A stretch of DNA of 12,956 nucleotides from a virus. Its lineage: Duplodnaviria > Heunggongvirae > Uroviricota > Caudoviricetes. The DNA is taken from the IMG/VR virus record IMGVR_UViG_2531839252_000007; one strand, 5' to 3'. The notes under the pieces are model-generated. The model ran no database searches, was not told where the DNA came from, and saw only the letters and a program-made list of their open reading frames with translations. Of this stretch, positions 1 to 6,666 are shown piece by piece (the stretch's first letter is position 1; each line of letters starts with the position of its first letter). A program made the translations under genes and the position numbers.

Positions 1-1260
1 ATGGCAAAGCTGACAGATATCCAAATCAAGTCATGGATTAAGGCAGGAGAGCGCTTCGAGGGGCGCTCTGACGGCAACGGGCTATACCTTCGCTATCGAG
101 CGGGGGATAAAGTGCCTGTATGGCGTTTTCGATATCAGTTCGCTGGGAAATCACGGGTAATGCTTATTGGATCTTATAGCGAAATATCCCTTTCCAAAGC
201 ACGGGAAATAGCCAAGGAATTATCCGCACGTGTAGCCCTAGGCTTCGATGTCGCCGGGGAAAAGAAAGCGCGAAAAGCGGCTGCTATAGAAAAGATGGAG
301 CGGGAGAAAAACGCGCTTCGCGTGTCAGAGCTAGCAACCGAGTATTTCGAACGGCAGATTTTGGGACGCTGGAAACATCCCGATCTTCTGCGCCGGAGAA
401 TCGATAAGGATATCAACCCACATATTGGCAACATGAAGATAGAGGACGTAAAACCCCGTCATATTGATGCGATGCTACAGAGCGTTGTTGATCGTGGCGC
501 TCCAACCGTAGCTAATGACGTTCTGCGCTGGACTAAACGCATATTCGATTATGCTATCAAGCGTCATGCACTGGAATTAAACCCAGCTGGAGCATTTGAT
601 CTGTCAGACGCTGGCGGGCAGGAAAGTAGCCGTATGCGCTGGCTGACCCGTGAAGAACTTATACGTTTTTTCCAAGCTATGCGCACTGCAAAAGGATTCA
701 GCCGCGAGAACGAGCTGACCATGAAGCTAATCCTCTGCCTGTGTTGTCGCAAAATGGAGCTGTGCGGTGCTCAGTGGGATGAATTCGACCTTGATGAAGC
801 AGTGTGGCATCTACCAGCAGAACGCGTTAAAAACGGCGACGCTATTGATATACCACTACCTCCACCTGCGGTTGGTTGGTTGAGAGAGCTTCGCACTATC
901 GCGGGCAGTGGGAGTAAATGGGTTCTCCCCGCGCGGAAGATGCAACACCGCATGATTCCCCACATTCAGGAAAGCACACTCCCCGTGGCGCTGGCAAAAG
1001 TACGCCGCGAAATGCCAGAAGTACCAAACTTCACAATTCACGATTTCAGACGTACCGCCCGCACCCATTTAGCGGCGTTGGGTGTCGATCCCGTAGTCGC
1101 AGAACGTTGCCTGAATCACCGCATTAAAGGCGTTGAGGGTATCTACAACCGCCACCAGTACTTTGAAGAACGACGGGCAGCCCTGGAACTGTGGGCGGGG
1201 CTTCTGGTTTCGCTTGAACGAGGGGAAAACTACAATGTTATTCCTTTATCTAAAATATAA
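1..1260 (+). CDS. int: Tyrosine recombinase / phage integrase, P4-like family
   Basis: 419-aa ORF. The N-terminus (MAKLTDIQIK...GNGLYLRYRAGDK..WRFRYQFAGK) is typical of P4-type integrase N-domains. C-terminal catalytic signatures HDFRRTARTH (H-x-x-R) and GIYNRHQY (catalytic Tyr region) are present. The window begins exactly at the start codon, so promoter and att site lie outside it. Confidence 0.93.
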   Translation: MAKLTDIQIKSWIKAGERFEGRSDGNGLYLRYRAGDKVPVWRFRYQFAGKSRVMLIGSYSEISLSKAREIAKELSARVALGFDVAGEKKARKAAAIEKMEREKNALRVSELATEYFERQILGRWKHPDLLRRRIDKDINPHIGNMKIEDVKPRHIDAMLQSVVDRGAPTVANDVLRWTKRIFDYAIKRHALELNPAGAFDLSDAGGQESSRMRWLTREELIRFFQAMRTAKGFSRENELTMKLILCLCCRKMELCGAQWDEFDLDEAVWHLPAERVKNGDAIDIPLPPPAVGWLRELRTIAGSGSKWVLPARKMQHRMIPHIQESTLPVALAKVRREMPEVPNFTIHDFRRTARTHLAALGVDPVVAERCLNHRIKGVEGIYNRHQYFEERRAALELWAGLLVSLERGENYNVIPLSKI

Positions 1261-1275
1261 AAGTTTTGTTTGAAG

Positions 1276-1380
1276 GTATTCACCCTATTCACCTTTTTAA
1301 TTAACTTCATGATTTTAAATAATAAAAAAGGGTGAATACTTACAGTAAAACTAATCACCTTAGTATTCACCTGTTCACCT
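1276..1380. repeat. Iteron cluster (TATTCACC/TGTTCACC octamers, direct and inverted) with AT-rich tract; putative ori of a P4-like replicon
   Basis: Octamer copies at about 1277-1284, 1286-1293, 1364-1371 and 1372-1379 (+), 1331-1338 (inverted, GGTGAATA), and a degenerate AATCACC at 1353-1359. An AT-rich stretch at 1294-1329 lies between them. The same motif family recurs at 11742-11843. Confidence 0.6.
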
Positions 1381-1452
1381 TCTAAAGCTGCTGTGGCTGC
1401 TCCCCTTGCCCGAAAACACGCCAGCCACCAGCGTTAAAAAATACAAAAATCA

Positions 1453-1476
1453 TCATCGTCCAGATCTGGACGATGA
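1453..1476. repeat. Perfect 22-24 bp palindrome (CATCGTCCAGATCTGGACGATG)
   Basis: The sequence at 1454-1475 equals its own reverse complement, and one further flanking base pair extends it. It lies in non-coding DNA between the iterons and the first cargo operon. Confidence 0.85.
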
Positions 1477-1571
1477 CGCCAGCACTCACTCTACAAAACA
1501 ACCTAACTTATTGATTTCAAAAGTAGAGAAAATCTGCTTTATGCCACTAGCTCGCACCCGTCCCCAAAAAG

Positions 1572-1603
1572 AAAAAGCCCGCGCTGGAGACGCACGGGCT
1601 TTT
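1572..1603. terminator. Putative bidirectional intrinsic terminator
   Basis: GC-rich stem AGCCCG(1576-1581)/CGGGCT(1595-1600), preceded by an A-tract and followed by TTTT. The loop is rather long, so confidence is moderate. Confidence 0.45.
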
Positions 1604-1677
1604 GGGTACCGATAACCATGTTTGGAATCAACTCATTGAGTTCTGACCTCAATTTGCATGTTATCACAAGAAAAACA

Positions 1678-1726
1678 CATTGCAATAATTGCAACAACGA
1701 ATATTATCATTGCGTATAATGAAACA
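1678..1726 (+). promoter_or_regulatory. Candidate sigma70 promoter and operator for cargo operon 1
   Basis: Consensus -10 TATAAT at 1715-1720. TTGCAA hexamers at 1680-1685 and 1689-1694 sit inside the palindromic element ATTGCAAT-AATTGCAA (operator-like), but spacing to the -10 is not ideal. A 13-bp inverted repeat AACTCA-T-TGAGTT lies at 1630-1642. Confidence 0.4.
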
Positions 1727-1760
1727 TAAATATCCGATAGAACATACTGAGGTCTGACCG

Positions 1761-2312
1761 ATGAAAGATATTACAAACATCGCAGTGACTGGCGAAGATG
1801 GCGTGGTGACGTATGCCGACGGCAGTAAAGAGGAGTTCCAGTGCAGCGGAACCGTTGCGACCATCATTGCAAGTCTTGCAACGACACTCGAGAAAGAACG
1901 CAAAATGCGCATCGCCACCGGCGACCGCCTGCGCCGCATGTACACCCGCGACAGTGATATGATTTCCCGCGGTTTGAATGGCACGTCTGCTACTTCCACG
2001 GCACCGACAGCAATGAATGCTGAGTTCATGCGTCTGGTACGTGCCGTAGCGCCGAAATACGATTCAGCACTGCCCGACGCCGACCCGCGCATCGTTGCGC
2101 TCGATGTGCTGCGCTACGCCCCTGCTGAGGCGTTCAGCGCCGTACACCCTACCCCAATGTCAGAAATCCAGCTGGATCAGGCTATCGATATACTCGAGCA
2201 GGTTGGCGACTACATGAAAGCAAACAATATCGCTCCGAAAATAATTTCTACAGGAGACGCAATCCGCAGCATCAATGCTGACAACGCCACCTTCTGGGGC
2301 AAAAAACACTAA
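1761..2312 (+). CDS. Hypothetical protein (183 aa), first gene of cargo cassette 1
   Basis: Long ORF with a GAGG Shine-Dalgarno about 9 nt upstream of the ATG. No family recognisable from sequence. The antisense ORF 1664-2092 is judged spurious. Confidence 0.75.
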   Translation: MKDITNIAVTGEDGVVTYADGSKEEFQCSGTVATIIASLATTLEKERKMRIATGDRLRRMYTRDSDMISRGLNGTSATSTAPTAMNAEFMRLVRAVAPKYDSALPDADPRIVALDVLRYAPAEAFSAVHPTPMSEIQLDQAIDILEQVGDYMKANNIAPKIISTGDAIRSINADNATFWGKKH

Positions 2313-2318
2313 AGAGAT

Positions 2319-2513
2319 ATGAGCATGCCTATCTATGACCCGAAATTAGCCGCAGGCAACCCACAGCGCGCCCACCGCCCGATGCTGACCCGTCAGGATC
2401 TTGAAGCGGCAAAGGCACGCAATAACTTCGATCGCCAGAGTCGCAACCTGCAGCAACTCAACGAATCAAATGCACGGTTCTGGAGTGAACAGAATGAGAA
2501 AGCCAAACGTTAA
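2319..2513 (+). CDS. Small hypothetical protein (64 aa)
   Basis: Begins 6 nt after the upstream stop and is basic and Q/R-rich. Its 3' end overlaps the next start by 20 nt. Confidence 0.5.
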   Translation: MSMPIYDPKLAAGNPQRAHRPMLTRQDLEAAKARNNFDRQSRNLQQLNESNARFWSEQNEKAKR

Positions 2514-2670
2514 GCCGGTCCTGCTGTCCGCCGAGCAGATGCAGGCCATACGCAACATTCAGGAACGTGAACGCCAGCGCTCCAATCTCGGCGTCGCTCC
2601 CACCGTTCACCAGATTGCCCGCGGCCTCATGGCTAAGGCTCTGGCCTCACTGGCAAGCGAGGGCGTGTAA
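2494..2670 (+). CDS. Small hypothetical protein (58 aa), possible DNA-binding or adaptor protein
   Basis: The ATG at 2494 has a GGAG Shine-Dalgarno 8 nt upstream. The track ORF 2401-2670 is trimmed to this start because the longer version would overlap the previous gene by over 100 nt. Its stop overlaps the next start (TAATG). Confidence 0.55.
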   Translation: MRKPNVKPVLLSAEQMQAIRNIQERERQRSNLGVAPTVHQIARGLMAKALASLASEGV

Positions 2671-3341
2671 TGGGCGCCATTCACCAGATATATGAGCAGG
2701 AAATGTTCTATAACTGGATAGGCGATGGTAAACGATGTGTAGCATTCCACGAAGCGGGCCATGCAGTAGCCGCATGGCTTATTCGCTTAGATATGCAGGT
2801 TATCGCCATTATGGATGAATCCGGCTACGTTGCTGGCGAACATGTACATGAAGCCCAGTGTTTGGGCGTTGTTAAACACGGCATAATCCACAACCACGAT
2901 CTCAGGCGTTTGCGGGAGAGTAAATCTGGTGTAGTTGGGCACGATGGCAAAGTTATCCCTTTCATACGCTACTACGCGGAAGGTATAAAACGCGATGCAA
3001 CAAAGGCCGCTTTTGTAGCCCTCGCTGGACCAGTAAGCGAAGCCCTTTACGAAAATAACGAAATTTTCAATAAAAAGTATTCACTCCCTCACCGCTATGA
3101 CATGGCTAACGTAAATGACATGCTCGATTTAATATGTGCCACGGATAAGCAAATTAACAGGAAGTTAATGCTTTCTAAACTTGTTGAAAAGACCAAATTC
3201 CTCATGACTCAATACTGGCCGGAAGTAGGAAAAATAGCGCATTTGCTTGAGCGGGATAACATTGTTAATGGGCGCGATGTTAGCTCGCTAATCGGCCTCA
3301 ACGTCATTGACCGGGCAACGCCATTTTTGCTGGCGGAATAA
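2670..3341 (+). CDS. Standalone zinc metalloprotease-like protein with HEXXH motif (FtsH / M41 protease-domain-like)
   Basis: AFHEAGHAVAAW motif at residues 26-37 (HEAGH at nt 2748-2762) resembles the FtsH active-site helix. Downstream LAGPVSEALYEN resembles the FtsH LAEE region. No AAA+ ATPase or transmembrane segment is present. Start is coupled to the upstream stop. Confidence 0.75.
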   Translation: MGAIHQIYEQEMFYNWIGDGKRCVAFHEAGHAVAAWLIRLDMQVIAIMDESGYVAGEHVHEAQCLGVVKHGIIHNHDLRRLRESKSGVVGHDGKVIPFIRYYAEGIKRDATKAAFVALAGPVSEALYENNEIFNKKYSLPHRYDMANVNDMLDLICATDKQINRKLMLSKLVEKTKFLMTQYWPEVGKIAHLLERDNIVNGRDVSSLIGLNVIDRATPFLLAE

Positions 3342-3417
3342 CCCCTGCCCGAGCTCATTCGACGATTTATTCCTCGGCGGGTAAGCTATACCGGTCTACC
3401 TAACTGCGAGCACAAGG

Positions 3418-4476
3418 ATGATGAATAATTTAATCAATCGCATTGCTTTAACCTTTCTAGCGTTAGTACTCACAGGCTGCACTGCGGGGAAAATCGATCC
3501 CGCAAAAGCGTTAACACAAATGCATATCGTCAAAAGTGATGACTATAAGAAGCGCCCCGGCTGGCCTGCGTTGGTTCGTCTGGGTACTGACGATTGTGAG
3601 ACATACAAAAGTGGCGGCGGTAGCCTCTTTAAGTGGGACGGGCTGACGTGCAACGACAAAAGCATTATCCTGGCGGTTAATAGCAAACCACAGACCATTC
3701 CAGTGTTCTACGCTGCTTACCATGAATACGGGAGCTATGGGGTCGGGGAACTATCCAATTTTGACAATAGCACCCGAACAGGTGAGGAAGCCTCGAAGAT
3801 TCTGGTTAACCTGACCACAGTATTGAACAATCCGGCAAAAGTTGACGCTATCTATGCTGACTATGAAAAGGATCGTTGGAGCATGGGACTTGGTACAGTC
3901 AACGAAAGCGATTTTAAAAAGAGCCTGGCTACTTTTGCTCAGGAACGGGATAAGCTTGCCTCTGAATACCATAAATTACGTGACGCAAACCAAAAGAGAT
4001 ACCTAGCTGAACGGGACGAACGAATCAAACGTGAGAAAGAAGAGGCCATGGCCTCTGAAAAAACGATTGATCTCGTGTTATGGCAGAATCCAACAGTTGA
4101 GCAACAGATGGTTGTTGACGCTCTGCACACTATTAAATTCACAATAAGAAACGATGGCGTGGCATACGCTAACGGTCGCCGATTTATGTCAATTGCCGGG
4201 ATGGAATATCTCAGGAATAGCCTAGCTCTGAGTATGGAGTCATGTTCAGACGCTGGGGCATATGTTGGTGATACGGCATTAAATCGCGCATGTATTCAGG
4301 GCTTGGCGAGGAACATTGTTGAGTGGGGGAAAACCGCCAACGACCGTTCTATTTCAGACAGAGCATGGAACGCAGCCGCAATGGATGGCAGCATTAACTA
4401 CAACCCAATCAAGTATGAAATCCTGTTTTCACATTGGGCAGGAATGGCCCGTGTCTACTCTGCTCGTGGATATTAA
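3418..4476 (+). CDS. Lipoprotein (352 aa) with signal peptide, lipobox and charged coiled-coil-like segment
   Basis: The N-terminus MMNNLINRIALTFLALVLTGC has a hydrophobic core and an L-T-G-C lipobox. An AAGGA Shine-Dalgarno lies upstream. The middle region KLRDANQKRYLAERDERIKREKEEAMASEK is coiled-coil-like. Confidence 0.85.
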   Translation: MMNNLINRIALTFLALVLTGCTAGKIDPAKALTQMHIVKSDDYKKRPGWPALVRLGTDDCETYKSGGGSLFKWDGLTCNDKSIILAVNSKPQTIPVFYAAYHEYGSYGVGELSNFDNSTRTGEEASKILVNLTTVLNNPAKVDAIYADYEKDRWSMGLGTVNESDFKKSLATFAQERDKLASEYHKLRDANQKRYLAERDERIKREKEEAMASEKTIDLVLWQNPTVEQQMVVDALHTIKFTIRNDGVAYANGRRFMSIAGMEYLRNSLALSMESCSDAGAYVGDTALNRACIQGLARNIVEWGKTANDRSISDRAWNAAAMDGSINYNPIKYEILFSHWAGMARVYSARGY

Positions 4477-4526
4477 ACACTGCGCTTCGAACTGATAAAT
4501 TTAAGCTTAATCAGTACATTACTGTT

Positions 4527-4552
4527 AGCCCGCATTTTAGCGGGCTTTCTTT
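4527..4552 (+). terminator. Rho-independent terminator after the lipoprotein gene
   Basis: Stem AGCCCGC(4527-4533), loop ATTTTA, stem GCGGGCT(4540-4546), followed by TTCTTT. Confidence 0.7.
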
Positions 4553-4569
4553 AGTTGAGCTTTGTACAA

Positions 4570-4585
4570 GATGTAAATTTACATC
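4570..4585. repeat. Perfect 16-bp palindrome GATGTAAATTTACATC
   Basis: Self-complementary and AT-rich. It sits between convergent genes, about 35 nt past the stop of the minus-strand peptidase gene. It could be a minus-strand terminator hairpin or a binding site. Confidence 0.5.
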
Positions 4586-4618
4586 CTGATTATCCAGTGC
4601 GCCGTAAAAGCTGGCAAT

Positions 4619-5731
4619 CTATTTAACTAAACGTAAATGTGACGGGCGTATCCCCGATTCCTGGGTACTCGATTTTCCACCATTGATAGCTTCCATAAAG
4701 AAGCTGTTACTGAAAGTAAGTGCACTCGCTTCGTCCGCAGGTAACCTCAACTGCTCGAGAATATCTCCCCTTTTAACGCCTTTGCTGCGTAGGGCTGAAA
4801 ACACTTTATCCAGCACTAATGACTTTTCACGTTCAGCAATCCCTTGAGGCTCACTCGTACGATATCCACGGCGAGCAAGTTCTATCGATAGCTGTCGATA
4901 ATGCCATTCGGTAGATAAACCGACATCAAACGTACGGCGCACCAAAGCCGCCAATGATACCCGCCAGTTCTTTTTTAACGAGATGAGTAGATCAAGCGAT
5001 GGCATTCTTGGCACTAAAGCTAAAATACTACGCTCAGGCATCAAAAAGGCCGATGCGAATCGATCTGCATCCTGCTCAGCTTGGCGGCCGTTGTTAGTTG
5101 AATGTTTATGGAGAACCAAGTGCCCCAGTTCATGAGCTGCATCGAATCGACTACGCTCCGGCGTTTTCATTGTATTCAAAAGCACAAAAGGTTTTTCATC
5201 CATCCAGAAAGAAAAGGCGTCTACTTCAATACAATTTTCCGCGAGAGAGAACACACGGACCCCATTAGCTTCAAGAAGATGGACCATGTTAGAGATGGAT
5301 AATTCACCTATCCCCCAACTTTCTCTAACCACGCGAGCAGCTCGCTCAGGCTCAGAATAACCATCGAAACTACAATCAGGTACATTAGGTTTAGGAAGCT
5401 TAAACTGCCCGTCAATCCAAGCTGATAGCTCTTGCGCGAGCTTTCCGGCTCCGAGTGCTGAGTCCCTTTTCTGTGCCGTCAACTTTGTCATTGCACGGAA
5501 ACTAACGGCTTCTGGCGACAGAGTAGGTACATCCCTGTCGAGGAAGAACTCAATCGGATAGCCCAGAACAGCAGAAATCCGTTCCATGGTATCGCTGGCT
5601 ATGGCATCAAAAATCCCTGCTTTCTCGTAATTCGAAATCGTCTTACTAGTCAATTCTGTAGCTTCAGCTAAAGCTCTTTGTGTCAGGCCTCTCCGTTCTC
5701 TGGCTATACGTAAACGCTCTGAATTAAACAT
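4619..5731 (-). CDS. XRE-family HTH fused to ImmA/IrrE-type (M78, COG2856-like) zinc metallopeptidase, with C-terminal extension of about 130 aa
   Basis: N-terminal HTH LTQRALAEATELTSKTISNYEKAG. HELGH at residues 200-204 (nt 5120-5134, verified by reverse-complement translation). Followed by EQDADRFASAFLMP, the characteristic ImmA/IrrE E-x-x-A-x-x-F-A-x-x-x-L-x-P signature. Starts 9 nt after the upstream gene stop. Confidence 0.9.
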   Translation of the reverse strand: MFNSERLRIARERRGLTQRALAEATELTSKTISNYEKAGIFDAIASDTMERISAVLGYPIEFFLDRDVPTLSPEAVSFRAMTKLTAQKRDSALGAGKLAQELSAWIDGQFKLPKPNVPDCSFDGYSEPERAARVVRESWGIGELSISNMVHLLEANGVRVFSLAENCIEVDAFSFWMDEKPFVLLNTMKTPERSRFDAAHELGHLVLHKHSTNNGRQAEQDADRFASAFLMPERSILALVPRMPSLDLLISLKKNWRVSLAALVRRTFDVGLSTEWHYRQLSIELARRGYRTSEPQGIAEREKSLVLDKVFSALRSKGVKRGDILEQLRLPADEASALTFSNSFFMEAINGGKSSTQESGIRPSHLRLVK

Positions 5732-5740
5732 GGTGCATAT

Positions 5741-6460
5741 TTAGCCTGTTTTTAAAATGTCGAGATCGATATCCGGTGTAAACTGCGGTACATCACCGTT
5801 CTGAACAATAGGGTCAGGTTGATGAGGAGCAATAATTAAACGTGTGGAGAAGGCATTAACTACATTCTTGTTATTGTATGAAATCGGGCGTGAAAGCTCA
5901 GCTCGGATCCCCACGCGCTCATCCCCGTCAATTTCATAAAAATCGTAAAGTAAAAACCATAAGTCCAGTCCGATTTTATTCGGTAGCAGTGGTATAACAT
6001 CACCTTCCGGCATGTCTAAATCCAGCTTAAGCTGGCTATCATCCAGGATAAGCTCACCCTGACCCGGGGTGTTATTATGGATTAACCCCATCAGCTCACA
6101 AGTAAAATCACCTTTCTTCATGCGAGACTCAGGAAATCCATGAACCAAACCTGTCTGATCACACCCCCGGCAGAGGTAAAGGGCAACTTTATCACTTACA
6201 GTCAGTTCAACATTTCGCAGGGACAGACGTTTGTAGCCTTTCGGAGCCAGAATGTCGCGGGCTGCACTCACCCCCTCACCATAGAAATATTGCCCACGTG
6301 AGGTCTTGGGGTGATTCTGAGTCGTCGAATAACGACCAGACAAGCCACGCTCAAGAATACGCCTGAGATCACTTTGGCTCAGATTCAGGGACTGCAGGTA
6401 GGATTCAACATCGTCAGGATCTGCCAAAACAATGGTTTTTGCGAGATTATGAGAGTACAT
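5741..6460 (-). CDS. Hypothetical protein (239 aa), first gene of minus-strand cargo operon
   Basis: ATG at 6458-6460 with an AAGAGG Shine-Dalgarno 8 nt upstream. No recognisable family. Co-oriented with, and 9 nt upstream of, the HTH-peptidase gene. Confidence 0.8.
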   Translation of the reverse strand: MYSHNLAKTIVLADPDDVESYLQSLNLSQSDLRRILERGLSGRYSTTQNHPKTSRGQYFYGEGVSAARDILAPKGYKRLSLRNVELTVSDKVALYLCRGCDQTGLVHGFPESRMKKGDFTCELMGLIHNNTPGQGELILDDSQLKLDLDMPEGDVIPLLPNKIGLDLWFLLYDFYEIDGDERVGIRAELSRPISYNNKNVVNAFSTRLIIAPHQPDPIVQNGDVPQFTPDIDLDILKTG

Positions 6461-6485
6461 CGGAAAAGCCTCTTATATATTTTCT

Positions 6486-6520
6486 ATTTTTTATACCTCA
6501 TTTGAGGTTTAAAAACAAGA
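6486..6520 (-). promoter_or_regulatory. Candidate promoter of the minus-strand operon with palindromic operator in the spacer
   Basis: On the minus strand: -35 TTGTTT (plus 6513-6518), 17-bp spacer, -10 TATAAA (plus 6490-6495). The spacer contains the inverted repeat ACCTCA-tt-TGAGGT (6495-6508). Confidence 0.45.
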
Positions 6521-6666
6521 AAATCACTGTATAAAATCTCAGAGATAATCGACAGATTAGAGAGTATTATCCATATTGAGGCTATCCCGACGGGGAGAAA
6601 AGCGGCTACGCCTTGCCGCCTGCCTCCCCCATTATCTCAAGGCGGTGACGTGTAAGGCGAACGTGC

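Noticed and set aside
174-1127. Several ORFs of 62-86 aa inside or antisense to the integrase gene (174-434, 564-752, 771-965, 856-1068 on minus; 918-1127 on plus)
   Set aside because: They are fully embedded in the well-supported integrase reading frame. Their products are Arg/Ser/Pro-rich and low-complexity, which is typical of out-of-frame or antisense translation.
1276-1380. Reading the TTCACC repeats as integrase arm-type sites rather than replication iterons
   Set aside because: Not fully excluded, but the octamer matches the P4 alpha iteron consensus as I recall it, recurs right after the primase gene, and flanks an AT-rich tract. Arm sites would more likely sit next to the att core upstream of the integrase, outside the window.
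1406-1615. 69-aa ORF in the origin-adjacent intergenic region
   Set aside because: It has a TTG start, no Shine-Dalgarno and a low-complexity product. It spans the long palindrome and terminator-like hairpin, so it is more likely non-coding.
1664-2092. 142-aa minus-strand ORF overlapping the promoter and 5' end of the first cargo gene
   Set aside because: It is antisense to a better-supported gene that has its own ribosome-binding site and promoter, and its product is compositionally odd.
2670-3341. Interpreting the 223-aa HEXXH protein as a truncated pseudogene of host ftsH
   Set aside because: It has its own coupled start and a distinct N-terminus and C-terminal tail. It sits inside a mobile-element operon with no flanking AAA+ coding remnants, so it looks like an intact standalone gene.
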